Source of the DNA: Myxococcales bacterium
GTDB lineage: Bacteria; Myxococcota_A; UBA9160; SMWR01
Reading direction: 5' to 3'
Assembly (NCBI GenBank): GCA_029863845.1
Contig: JAOTUO010000003.1
Location: forward strand, 1 to 34,357
DNA: 34,357 nt
The stretch's first letter is position 1. The number at the start of each line of letters is the position of its first letter. Shown here piece after piece: positions 1 through 9,249 of this stretch. The notes beneath the pieces are model-generated. The model had not been told where the DNA came from. It did no database searches and saw nothing but the letters and a program-made list of their open reading frames with translations. The position numbers and the translations under genes were made by a program.

Positions 1-171
1 TCATGACTCTGTGCGACGTAGCGAGCCGCGCCTCCCCAGGCCTGCCACACCGACCACGCCGCGCCGAAACCGTCGGGGCAGCCCGCGTGGTAGAAACAGC
101 GCCGCTTCACGGCTGGGAGCTTAGCCCATCGATTCGCGTCCGCGGGCGCGGAGTCTGACGCAAGCGGGTGC

Positions 172-1668
172 GTGGGGTACGCTCGCGCGCCTCTGGAGAC
201 CCCGATCGTGCTCGACCTCCCGGGACGCAGCGTCCTCGCCTGTCGTGAACTCCCGTGGCCGGCCGGTCCGCTTGCCGCATTCGAGCGACTGCGCGAAGAC
301 CCCTACCCCTGGCTGCTGGACAGCGCGCTCAGCGGCGGGCGCATCGGACGTTTCTCCTTCGCCGGCGCCGATCCCTACGCCGTGCTGCGCGCCCGAGGAA
401 CGCGCGTCGAGATCGAGTGTCGCCGCGCCGTCCGCCCGGGTCTTCGGCCGGGGCGGACGGCCGCGGACGGCGATCCGCTGGAGTGGCTGCGGTCGCTGCT
501 GCCGCCCCGCCCGTCGGCCGCGTGCGACGTTCCCTTCCCGTTCGCGGGCGGCGCCGTCGGCTACCTGGGCTACGAGCTCGCCGAGTGCATCGAACCGGTC
601 GGCCTGCGCGGTCGCGACGATCTCGGCCTGCCCGACCTGGTGCTCCTGTTCGTGGACCGGCTGCTCGCCTTCGACCACGGGCAGGGGCGGCTCTGCGCGA
701 TTGGACTCGGCTTCGGCGAAAACGAGCGCCTTGCGCGCGCAGCCGCTGCCCGGGCCTCGGAGGGGCTGTGCCGTCGGATCCTGGCGCCGCCGCTCTCGCG
801 CCGGGTTTCGCGGGCGCGGCGCGCGGCGGAGCCGCGATGCGGAGCGGCCCCGCTCGATGTCGTCGACCGGAGCACGTACCTCAAGGCCGTCGATCGCGCG
901 AAGGAGGAGATCGAAGCCGGCAACGCGTACCAGGTCTGCCTCACCCACCGCATCGGCCGGGAGGCGCACGCCGACCCCTGGAGCCTCTACCGGCGCGTGC
1001 GCCGGTCGAACCCGGCGCCCTTCGCGAGCTACTTCGAGTTGCCCGAGGTCGCCATCGTAGGCAGCTCGCCGGAGCGCTTCTTGCGCCTGGTTGCGGACCG
1101 CCGCGTCGAGAGCCGTCCGATCAAGGGCACGAGACCTCGCGGCCGACACGAGGCCGAAGACGCGCTGCTGCGGCGCGAGCTCGAGCTCTCGGGGAAGGAT
1201 CGGGCGGAGAACGTGATGATCGTCGACCTCGTACGCAACGACCTCGGGCGCGTGTGCGAGACGGGCAGCGTGGAGGTGTCGGAGCTCTTCGCGGTCGAGG
1301 CCTATGCCTCGGTGTTTCAGATGGTATCGACGATCCGCGGGCGGCTGCGCGCCGACCGCGACGTCGTGGACCTCCTGCGCGCGACCTTTCCGCCAGGTTC
1401 AATGACCGGGGCCCCCAAGCTGGCCGCGATGCGGATCCTGGACGGGCTCGAGCCGGTGCGACGCGGCGTCTACTCCGGCGCGATCGGGTACCTCGACGCG
1501 CGTGGGGGAGCCGATCTCTGCGTCGTCATCCGCACGATCCTGCTGGCCGGAGGCCGCGCCTACGTGCACACGGGCGGCGGAGTCGTCGCCGACTCCGATC
1601 CCGTCGCCGAGTGGCGCGAGACACTGGACAAGGCGCGCCCGCTGCTGGCGGCGTTGACCGCGGGCTGA
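172..1668 (+). CDS. pabB: Aminodeoxychorismate synthase component I (chorismate-binding, PabB/TrpE family)
   Basis: Motifs WLLDS, GGAVGYLGYE, GNAYQVCL, SSPERFL, RPIKGTRPRG, KDRAENVMIVDLVRNDLGRVC, TFPPGSMTGAPK, YSGAIGY, GGGVVADS. PIKGT favours PabB over TrpE (PIAGT). GTG start uncertain. Confidence 0.85.
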   Translation: MGYARAPLETPIVLDLPGRSVLACRELPWPAGPLAAFERLREDPYPWLLDSALSGGRIGRFSFAGADPYAVLRARGTRVEIECRRAVRPGLRPGRTAADGDPLEWLRSLLPPRPSAACDVPFPFAGGAVGYLGYELAECIEPVGLRGRDDLGLPDLVLLFVDRLLAFDHGQGRLCAIGLGFGENERLARAAAARASEGLCRRILAPPLSRRVSRARRAAEPRCGAAPLDVVDRSTYLKAVDRAKEEIEAGNAYQVCLTHRIGREAHADPWSLYRRVRRSNPAPFASYFELPEVAIVGSSPERFLRLVADRRVESRPIKGTRPRGRHEAEDALLRRELELSGKDRAENVMIVDLVRNDLGRVCETGSVEVSELFAVEAYASVFQMVSTIRGRLRADRDVVDLLRATFPPGSMTGAPKLAAMRILDGLEPVRRGVYSGAIGYLDARGGADLCVVIRTILLAGGRAYVHTGGGVVADSDPVAEWRETLDKARPLLAALTAG

Positions 1669-1689
1669 ACGGCGCTGCCGCCGGGCCGG

Positions 1690-2463
1690 TCACGCCACCT
1701 GGCCGCCGTCGATCGAGAAGGCGGCGCCGTTGACGTAACGGGCTTCGTCGGACGCGAGGTAGGCGATCGCCGCGGCGATCTCCCACGGCTCGGCGAGGCG
1801 CGGCACGAGCTGCATGCGCTGCAGCAGGAACGGGTCGGGATCCTCGGGCGGAAGGAAGCCCTGGGCGAGCGGCGTGTCGACGCCGCCGGGGCAGACGCAG
1901 TTGACGCGCAGGTCGCGGCGACCGTACTCGACGGCGAGCGCCTTCGTGAGCATCACGACCCCGCCCTTCGAGGCGGCATAGGCCGACGTGTACGCGATGC
2001 CCATGAGCCCGGCCGCGGAGGCGGTGTTGACGATGTTGCCCTTCGTCTCCAGCAGGTGGGGAATCGCCGCCTGGCACGTGAAGAAGGTGCCCGAGAGGTT
2101 GATCGCGATCACGCGCTGCCACTGCTCGATCCCGATCTCCGTCGCGTGCGCGCTGATCCCCACGCCGGCCACGTTGCACAGCACGTCGAGGCGGCCGAAG
2201 GCCTCCAGCGCGGCGGCGACGGCGGACCGACAGGCCGCGGGATCCGCCACGTCGCAGACCCGGGCGACGGCTTCGCCGCCCGCCGTCTGGATCGCGGCGG
2301 CGGTCTCCTTGACGCCCGCTGCGTTCACGTCGGCGCACAGCACGCGCGCGCCCTCCGCAGCGAGCCGTTCGGCCGCGGCCCGGCCGATGCCCGAAGCGGC
2401 TCCCGTCACGAGCGCGGCCTTGCCGGCGAAGCGCCCACCCCCGTTCCCGTCGTCGTATCGCAT
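1690..2463 (-). CDS. Short-chain dehydrogenase/reductase (SDR)
   Basis: TGAASGIG Rossmann motif, NVAG, catalytic YAASK, VNCVCPGGVDT, IDGG C-terminus. Confidence 0.93.
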   Translation of the reverse strand: MRYDDGNGGGRFAGKAALVTGAASGIGRAAAERLAAEGARVLCADVNAAGVKETAAAIQTAGGEAVARVCDVADPAACRSAVAAALEAFGRLDVLCNVAGVGISAHATEIGIEQWQRVIAINLSGTFFTCQAAIPHLLETKGNIVNTASAAGLMGIAYTSAYAASKGGVVMLTKALAVEYGRRDLRVNCVCPGGVDTPLAQGFLPPEDPDPFLLQRMQLVPRLAEPWEIAAAIAYLASDEARYVNGAAFSIDGGQVA

Positions 2464-2547
2464 GGCGGCAGTCTACCGGAACCGGCCCACCGAGCGACTG
2501 CGTTATGCTCCCGCCGTCGCGGATCTGTTGGAGATGAAGGAGAACCC

Positions 2548-3690
2548 GTGGGTCCCCTCGCAGGCGTGAAGATGATCGAGTTCGCGGGCATCGGGCCCGG
2601 ACCCTTCGCGGCCATGATGCTCGCGGACATGGGGGCCGAGATCCTGCGGATCGACCGGTCGCAGAACGCGATCGGGCTCGACCCCGCGAATCCATCGCTC
2701 GACCTGCTGGCGCGCGGTCGCCGCAGCGTCGCCGTCGACCTCAAGCAGCCGGCGGCTCTCGCCGCCGTGCTGCGCCTGGTCGATCGGGCCGATGCCCTGC
2801 TCGAGGGATTCCGACCGGGCGTGATGGAGCGGCTGGGGCTGGGGCCCGACGTCTGCCTCGAACGCAACCCGCGCCTCGTCTACGGGCGCATGACCGGCTG
2901 GGGGCAGGAGGGGCCGCTCGCCCAGGCCGCCGGCCACGACATCAACTACATCGCGCTGGCGGGCGCCCTCGAATCGATCGGACGCCGCGGCGAGGCGCCG
3001 ATGCCCCCGCTCAACCTGGTCGGGGACTTCGGCGGCGGCGGGATGCTGCTGGCCTTCGGCATCGTGTGCGCGCTGTTCGAGCGCGAGCAATCGGGTCTCG
3101 GCCAGGTCGTCGACGCAGCCATGGTGGACGGGGCGGCGGTGCTCATGACGATCTTCCACGGCGCGCTGCAGAGCGGATGGTGGAAGCCCGAGCGCGGCAC
3201 GAACATGCTGGACACCGGCTCCCACTTCTACGACGTCTACGAGACCCGTGACGGCGGCTATGTCTCGATCGGCTCGATCGAGCCGCAGTTCTACGCGGAG
3301 CTGCTGGAAAAGACGGGTCTGGCCGGCGAAGACCTGCCGCCCCAGATGAGCCGCTCGCATTGGGCCGGCATGAAGGAGCGCCTGGCGGCGATCTTCAAGG
3401 AGAAGACGCGCGACGAGTGGTGCGAGATCATGGAGGGGAGCGAAGTCTGCTTCGCCCCCGTGCTCTCGATGACCGAGTGCCAGGAGCACCCGCACATCCG
3501 CGCGCGCGGGACCTTCGTCGAGGTTGCCGGCGCGAGCCAGCCGGCGCCGGCTCCCCGCTTCGGCCGCTCGAAGCCGCAGATCTCGCGTCCGCCCCCTCAC
3601 GCCGGACAGCACAGCGACGAGGCGCTCGCCGACTGGGGCTTCAGCGGCCAGGAGATCGCCGCGCTACGCGAGGCGAAGGCAGTCGCGTAG
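2548..3690 (+). CDS. CaiB/BaiF class III CoA-transferase family, alpha-methylacyl-CoA racemase-like
   Basis: GPLAGVKMIEFAGIGPGPFAAMMLADMGAE, EGFRPGVMERLGLGP, GHDINY, NLVGDFGGG, PAPAPRF. GTG at 2548 preceded by AAGGAG. Confidence 0.92.
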   Translation: MGPLAGVKMIEFAGIGPGPFAAMMLADMGAEILRIDRSQNAIGLDPANPSLDLLARGRRSVAVDLKQPAALAAVLRLVDRADALLEGFRPGVMERLGLGPDVCLERNPRLVYGRMTGWGQEGPLAQAAGHDINYIALAGALESIGRRGEAPMPPLNLVGDFGGGGMLLAFGIVCALFEREQSGLGQVVDAAMVDGAAVLMTIFHGALQSGWWKPERGTNMLDTGSHFYDVYETRDGGYVSIGSIEPQFYAELLEKTGLAGEDLPPQMSRSHWAGMKERLAAIFKEKTRDEWCEIMEGSEVCFAPVLSMTECQEHPHIRARGTFVEVAGASQPAPAPRFGRSKPQISRPPPHAGQHSDEALADWGFSGQEIAALREAKAVA

Positions 3691-3866
3691 CAGGCCGACG
3701 CTGACCCCGATGCCGACGCCGACCGGCGGGGTTGCGCACGGGCTGCGCGAGACCTGCGCGCGCTTCGCCGCAGTCGTCACCAACCGTTGGCGGCGGTCAC
3801 TCACCAGAGAAGGAGCACGCCCGCGAAACGGCGCGAGTGCGTTGCGGTGGGCGAGCGGGTTCACGA

Positions 3867-5243
3867 ATGCGCACCTACGAGGCACCTCGCAAGCTCGATA
3901 GCGCGCGACGCTGCCAGGCGTCCCCAGCCGCGGCGCCCTGTGTCTGGGCCGTCGGCGGAGGCAAGGGCGGCGTCGGCAAGACGGTGGTGACGGCCAATCT
4001 GGCCATCGCCCTCGCCGCCCGCGGTCCGCGCTGCATCGTCGTCGATGCCGACCTCGGCGGCGCGAATCTCCACACGGTGCTGGGCGTGCCGAACCCCCCG
4101 CGCACCCTCTCGCACTTCCTGAGCGGCGAGGTGGCGAGCCTCGAAGACGTGGTCAGTCGCACCTCGATCCCCGGGGTCTCGCTGATCAGCGGGGCGCACG
4201 GCATGCTCGACGCCGCGAATCCCCACCACTCGCAGAAGCAGAAGCTGCTGCGCCACGTTCGGCGCCTCGGCGTCGCCCACGTGCTGCTGGACCTCGGGGC
4301 CGGCAGCGCCTACAACGTTCTCGACCTCTTCCTGGCGGCACGGCGCGGGATCCTCGTGGTCGTGCCCGAGCCCACCTCGATCGAGAACGCGTACCACTTC
4401 CTGAAGGCCGCCTTCTACCGATCGCTGCGCGCGGTGGCCCGCGATCCGTCGGTCCGGCCGGTGCTCGAGCACGTGCTGGCCGGGAAAACGAGACGGCGAA
4501 TGCAGTCGCCCCGCGAGCTGATCGCGGCCGTGTCGGAGATCGACCGCGGGGTCGGGCGGCAGCTCGCGGAGCGAGCCCGGGCCTTCCGGCCGATGCTGAT
4601 CGTCAACCAGGTCGACAAGCTCGAGCACCACAAGGTCGGATTGGAGGTTGCGGCCGCCTGCGATCTCTACCTGGGCACCCCGATCGACTATCTGGGCGCC
4701 CTCGAGCTGGATGCCAGCGTTCCCGTGGCGGTGAGCCGGCGGCAGCCCGTGCTCCAGCTCTTCCCGGGCTGCTCCTTCGCGAAGAGCCTCGGAACGATCG
4801 CCGATCGCCTGGTGGAGGCGGAGTTCGTCGTGCGCCACGCGTCGGCGCGGGAGCGAGCCGAGGCGCGCGACGGGCCGCCGCTCGCGACCCACGGACTGCT
4901 GGCCTGGGAGGAGCCCGCCGGGCGGGCGGTCCGGGCGGCCCGTCCGTCCCGCCCTGCGACCGTCGACCCGCGCCCGGCGCTGCCGCCGCTGGACATCTCG
5001 CAACCGGGTGGCTACCTGCGACAGTGTCGCGAGCACCTGGGGATTCCGCTGGCGGAGCTCAGCCACCGCACCCGGATCCGCCGCCTCGACCGCATCGAGG
5101 ACGAGCGCTTCGACGAGCTGCCGCCCGAGCCCTACCTGGGGGCCTACGTGCTGCAGTACGCCCAGGCCCTCGGCATCGGCGAGGCCGAGGCCCTGGCCGC
5201 GAGCTTCCTCGAACGCAGCCGCCGCATCGCTCCCCCGCACTGA
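3867..5243 (+). CDS. MinD/FlhG(FleN)-family P-loop ATPase with C-terminal RodZ-like helix-turn-helix
   Basis: Deviant Walker A GGKGGVGKT, DADLGGANLH, LLDLGAG, PEPTSIENAY. C-terminal PGGYLRQCREHLGIPLAELSHRTRI...IEDERFDELP...YAQALG. Start at ATG 3867 is a best guess. Confidence 0.85.
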   Translation: MRTYEAPRKLDSARRCQASPAAAPCVWAVGGGKGGVGKTVVTANLAIALAARGPRCIVVDADLGGANLHTVLGVPNPPRTLSHFLSGEVASLEDVVSRTSIPGVSLISGAHGMLDAANPHHSQKQKLLRHVRRLGVAHVLLDLGAGSAYNVLDLFLAARRGILVVVPEPTSIENAYHFLKAAFYRSLRAVARDPSVRPVLEHVLAGKTRRRMQSPRELIAAVSEIDRGVGRQLAERARAFRPMLIVNQVDKLEHHKVGLEVAAACDLYLGTPIDYLGALELDASVPVAVSRRQPVLQLFPGCSFAKSLGTIADRLVEAEFVVRHASARERAEARDGPPLATHGLLAWEEPAGRAVRAARPSRPATVDPRPALPPLDISQPGGYLRQCREHLGIPLAELSHRTRIRRLDRIEDERFDELPPEPYLGAYVLQYAQALGIGEAEALAASFLERSRRIAPPH

Positions 5244-5270
5244 GCGCGATCCCCCGACGAAGAGCCTCGC

Positions 5271-6506
5271 CTACGCCCGGGAAAGCCGCCGTGTCGCCCC
5301 GGTGTCCGGCGTCAACGCGACACCCGCCTGGACCAGGGCCATGAGCCGCTCGCGGGTGAGGGCGCCCACGAGGCGCCCCTCCGCCACGACCGGGAGCTGA
5401 TTCACGTTGTGATCCGCCATGCGCCGAAACGCGGTCCAGCCACTCTCGACGGGGGCGAGCACCGCGAGGCTCGCGGCCGGCAGCATGACCGCATCGACGC
5501 GGGTATGTGCGCGCGCTTCCGGTGGGATTCCCGCGAGCTCGCGCAGCGTGACGAGCCCGAGCAGCCGCCCCTCCCGGTCCACCACGTAGAAGGTTCGCAG
5601 CCCGGTGCGCAGCACCAGCTCGGCGACGAGGTCGGCGATGCTCTCCGATCCCGAGACGCAGGCGTCGCGGACGGACTCCATCGCGTCCCTCGCGAGCACC
5701 CGCGCGAGCATCCTCTCGATCAGCATCTGCCCGACGGTGGCGCGCGCCGCCGTCAGCAGGAACCACCCGATGAACACGAACCAGAGCCCACCCACGATCT
5801 GACCGCCGAAGAGCGCGGCCACCGCGCCCGTGGCCATCAGGAAGTACGCGAAGATCGAACCGGAGGCGGCGGCGATCCGGGTCGCCTGGGCGAAGTCGCC
5901 CGTGAGGCCCCACACCGCGCCGCGCAGGACGCGGCCGCCGTCCAGGGGGAAGCCCGGGACGACGTTGAACGCCGCCAGGATCAGGTTGATCCGCCCGAGC
6001 CAACCGAGCACGGCCCCGGCGACGCCGCCCCAACCCGCGGCGTCGTTCAGGGGGGCCGCGGCGGCGCTGAACCCGAGCCCCAGCCCCACGCTCACCAGGG
6101 GCCCCGCCACGGCGATCAGCACCTCGTCGCGCGGGCGCCGGGGCTCCGAGTCGAGCCGCGCCATGCCCCCGAACACGAACAGCGTGATCGAACGGACGCG
6201 CACGCCGAGGCGCTGCGCCGTGAGACTGTGGCCGAGCTCGTGCAAGACGATCGAGGCGAAGAAGAGGGGGCTCGTCACGAGTGCCGCGCCCCAGGACGCG
6301 ACGCTGCTCCACTCCGGGTGCGCGTTCCCGAACTGGCTGCCCAGCGAGAACGTGATCAGCATGAAGATCAGAAGCCAGCTGTGGTCGATCGCCAGCTCGA
6401 TTCCGCGGATGCGCCCCACCGACCACGCGGTTCCGCCGAAGACACCGCGGGGTTGGCTCTGCGCGGACTCGCGCGCGCGGTCGCGGTTCGGTTCGGGCGT
6501 CGCCAT
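5271..6506 (-). CDS. Site-2 protease (M50 family) with C-terminal CBS pair
   Basis: HELGH zinc motif, IAVAGPLVS, FNVVPGFPLDGGRVLR, several TM segments, C-terminal CBS-like repeats (VVDREGRLLGLVT; LPVVAEGRLVGALT). Confidence 0.93.
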   Translation of the reverse strand: MATPEPNRDRARESAQSQPRGVFGGTAWSVGRIRGIELAIDHSWLLIFMLITFSLGSQFGNAHPEWSSVASWGAALVTSPLFFASIVLHELGHSLTAQRLGVRVRSITLFVFGGMARLDSEPRRPRDEVLIAVAGPLVSVGLGLGFSAAAAPLNDAAGWGGVAGAVLGWLGRINLILAAFNVVPGFPLDGGRVLRGAVWGLTGDFAQATRIAAASGSIFAYFLMATGAVAALFGGQIVGGLWFVFIGWFLLTAARATVGQMLIERMLARVLARDAMESVRDACVSGSESIADLVAELVLRTGLRTFYVVDREGRLLGLVTLRELAGIPPEARAHTRVDAVMLPAASLAVLAPVESGWTAFRRMADHNVNQLPVVAEGRLVGALTRERLMALVQAGVALTPDTGATRRLSRA

Positions 6507-6568
6507 GGAGTTCCCTCGTAGGCCGGGCGTCTCAGTCTATCACCCGCGGCGAGGCGCCTCGAATCGCG

Positions 6569-7903
6569 CTACGCAATCGGCGCCCAGCGCAGCGGTGCGA
6601 CGGCCACCTCACCGGCGGTGAGGGTGGCGGCCCAAGGCCAGCCGGCGGTCGTGATGAACCAGGCGTCGCTCTCCGGGTCGTGGATGTACGCCGGCGCGTG
6701 CGTGCGCAGCCGCGCCACGAGGTTGGGCGTGCGGTCGCGTCCGCGGTAGGTCCCGAAGCGGTAGGGGTTGTCGGCGTGCACGACGAGCGTCTCCTCGTAG
6801 GATTCCCGCCCGGGCCAGACGTGCAGGAGCAGCAGCAGCCCCGGCCAGAAGCAGGAGCCGTTGTTGTACGTGAACGAGAGGTAGTAGCGGCCCGCCCGGT
6901 TCAGCACGACCGGGGACTCCATCGAGGCGAAGGGGGAATTGCGCTCGCTTCCCCACGACGAATCCAGGGCCGCCCCGATGTACTGCCAGCGCTCGAGATC
7001 GAAGCTCTGGTAGGTGTCGATGCGCGAGAAGTAGCGACCGCGCGCCGTCGCGTAGAGCAGCCACTGACCGTCGGCGACCTCGACGACGGCCGGGTCGCGG
7101 AAGAAGCGGTGGAAGGGCGCGGACATCACCACCCGGGGATTCCCCCAGTGGATCCCGTCCGCGGAATCCATGCGCGACAGTCGGTGGGGCGACCAGAAGA
7201 GCGCGTAGCCCTCGCCGGCGGCGTTCGGTTCCACGACCTCCGGCGCCCAGGCCAGCTCACCGAAGTCGGCCACCGGCGCCTCCTCGCGCATCTCGACGTC
7301 GGGCGGAAAGGTCTCGCTCACGCCGACGCCGAAATAGCGCTCGGCGCCGAAGTCGCCGTCGGTCCGGCTCGTGATGCCGATCAGCCTCCAGCGTCCCGCA
7401 CTGTCGCGATAGACGTCGTGGTCATTCACGTAGCGACCGTGTCGGCTCGGCCGGAACAGCGGGCGCCAGCCGCCGGCGATTTCCGGTCGCTGCAGCGGCG
7501 GCGGCGCCGCGCCTCCGGGCGCCGCTTCGGCGGACGCCTCACCGATCAGTCGCTCGTCGCCGCCGCCCGCCTTCGGCCGCGCCCACACGCGGAAGGCGTC
7601 TCCGGCCCCGCGGACCAGGCAGGAGCCGTAGCGGGTCCGGCCGACGTTTTGCCAGACTTCGCCCGTCCGCCGCTCGATGCGGTAGGCCTCGCGTTCCGGA
7701 TCGGCGATCCAGCCGAGGTGCAGCCAGCCGGGCCCGGCGGCGACCTTCACGCCGTGCAGCGCCTGCCACGAACGGACTGCGTCTCGCGAGACCGAGCCGT
7801 AGAAGTCTACCCGCAGCGGAAACTCGAGGACGGCTCGCGTCACGGCCTCGGCGACGAGCCACAGGGCGAGCAGCGCGAGGGGGAGCGCCCAGAGCAGGTC
7901 CAC
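6569..7903 (-). CDS. Membrane-anchored five-bladed beta-propeller glycoside hydrolase (GH32/GH43-like)
   Basis: N-terminal hydrophobic anchor. YVNDH, WAP, FRDP and MESP resemble the NDP/RDP/EC catalytic motifs of clan GH-J enzymes. Confidence 0.65.
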   Translation of the reverse strand: MDLLWALPLALLALWLVAEAVTRAVLEFPLRVDFYGSVSRDAVRSWQALHGVKVAAGPGWLHLGWIADPEREAYRIERRTGEVWQNVGRTRYGSCLVRGAGDAFRVWARPKAGGGDERLIGEASAEAAPGGAAPPPLQRPEIAGGWRPLFRPSRHGRYVNDHDVYRDSAGRWRLIGITSRTDGDFGAERYFGVGVSETFPPDVEMREEAPVADFGELAWAPEVVEPNAAGEGYALFWSPHRLSRMDSADGIHWGNPRVVMSAPFHRFFRDPAVVEVADGQWLLYATARGRYFSRIDTYQSFDLERWQYIGAALDSSWGSERNSPFASMESPVVLNRAGRYYLSFTYNNGSCFWPGLLLLLHVWPGRESYEETLVVHADNPYRFGTYRGRDRTPNLVARLRTHAPAYIHDPESDAWFITTAGWPWAATLTAGEVAVAPLRWAPIA

Positions 7904-7910
7904 CGGTGGC

Positions 7911-8999
7911 TTATCCGCCCAGGATCTCGGACACCGCCACCTCGCGCCCTTCGGCGTCGCTGCGCGCGGCGGCGAGGGCGAAGGCGAGTGTCTTGCGCGC
8001 TTCGGCCGCGCTCTGCTCGGGCGCGCGTCCCTCGATCAGCGCGTCGACGAAATCGCGTCCGCCGCGTCGGAACGACTCCGCCCAGTCCGCGGGGAGGTCG
8101 TGGAAGGCACGTGTCTCGCCCTCGCGATAGAGCACGACGGACGGCTCCTCGAGGAGCTTTCCCGTGCAGCGATTCACCCAGACGATGCCCTCGCTACCGT
8201 GGATCTCGAGGCGGTCGTCGCTCGCGTAGTAGTCCGAGCGCACGCGCATGCCCAAGGAGGCGATCACCTCCCAGGACCCGAAGCGGGGCGGGTCGCCGGC
8301 GTACTTCCACGAGATCAGCGCCGGTCCGTCGATGCGATCCCGGTCTCCGAGCCGCGTCCAGTGGATGAAGGCGTGTACCCGCTCGACCTCGGACGGGACG
8401 AACCAGCGGGCCATCTGGAAGCAGTGATAGCCGTGGTCGAAGGTCGTGAGGCCACCGCCGCAGAGCGTCGGGTCCATGCGCCATGCCTGGCTCTCCGGAC
8501 CGACCGTCCAGCCGTCCGCGAAGCGCCCGACGGCCGTCTTGACCCGCACCGAGAGCGGCGTTCCGATCTCGCCGGCATCGACCAGCGCCTTGGCCCGTCG
8601 GTGCGGCGGGTAGTGGCCGAAGTTCTCGAAGACCCGCAGCACCCGCCCGCTGCGGGCGGCCGCGCGGGCGACGCGGTCGAGCTCCTCGAGGGTGCGGGTC
8701 GGGGGCTTCTGGAGCGAGACGTGCTTGCCGGCCTCGAGCGCGCCGACGGCGTGAGCTGCGTGCAGGTGGTGGGGCGTCAGGATCTCGACCGCGTCCACCT
8801 CGGGATCGGCGAACAGCTTCTCCGCGTCGGTGTAGACGCGCCGCGCGCCCCACGCCTGGGCGCGGGCTCGCGCCCGCGACTCGTCGCGGTCGCAGACCGC
8901 GACGATCTCGGCGCGCGGGTGATCGAGGTAGCCGAGGCACTGGAGATCGGCGATGCGGCCGCAGCCCAGCCAACCCAGGCGAATCGTTTCCGGCGCCAT
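7911..8999 (-). CDS. Gfo/Idh/MocA family NAD(P)-dependent oxidoreductase
   Basis: LGWLGCGRIA, DPEVDAVEILTPHHLH, GKHVSLQKP (EKP variant), GGG..FDHGYH. Strong SD GGAGGAGG upstream. Confidence 0.9.
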   Translation of the reverse strand: MAPETIRLGWLGCGRIADLQCLGYLDHPRAEIVAVCDRDESRARARAQAWGARRVYTDAEKLFADPEVDAVEILTPHHLHAAHAVGALEAGKHVSLQKPPTRTLEELDRVARAAARSGRVLRVFENFGHYPPHRRAKALVDAGEIGTPLSVRVKTAVGRFADGWTVGPESQAWRMDPTLCGGGLTTFDHGYHCFQMARWFVPSEVERVHAFIHWTRLGDRDRIDGPALISWKYAGDPPRFGSWEVIASLGMRVRSDYYASDDRLEIHGSEGIVWVNRCTGKLLEEPSVVLYREGETRAFHDLPADWAESFRRGGRDFVDALIEGRAPEQSAAEARKTLAFALAAARSDAEGREVAVSEILGG

Positions 9000-9026
9000 C
9001 CGCCTCCTCCGCGGCCGCCCGGGCTG

Positions 9027-9209
9027 GCCCAGCCGGGCCTCGCACTCGCTGATCGCTCGCGCTCGGGCTCCGGCCTTCGCTCGCCTCCGGCTCGCTGCGC
9101 GTCGGCCGACTCTCGAGTCGGCCTCCTAGCCCAGCCGGGCCTCGCACTCGCTGATCGCTCGCGCTCGGGCTCCGGCCTTCGCTCGCCTCCGGCTCGCTGC
9201 GCGTCGGCC
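9027..9209. repeat. Two identical 81-bp direct repeats (9027-9107, 9129-9209) separated by a hairpin
   Basis: GCCCAGCCGGGCCTCGCACTCGCTGATCGCTCGC...GCTGCGCGTCGGCC occurs twice at a 102-bp offset. Inverted repeat GGCCGACTC-TC-GAGTCGGCC at 9104-9123. TCGGCCTCCTAGC at 9118-9130 recurs at 9242-9254. Confidence 0.95.
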
Positions 9210-9249
9210 CGTAAGGCCGAAGGCCGCGCGAGTCGGAAAGATCGGCCTC

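Noticed and set aside
1-120. Start of a minus-strand gene at the left edge (CAT at 2-4)
   Set aside because: Too little sequence to support a CDS.
3694-3725. Degenerate hexamer run (GCCGAC GCTGAC CCCGAT GCCGAC GCCGAC) after the racemase gene
   Set aside because: Short, imperfect and low-complexity; no supportable function.
9027-9209. CRISPR array
   Set aside because: Only two 81-bp units with a 21-bp self-complementary spacer, and no cas genes.
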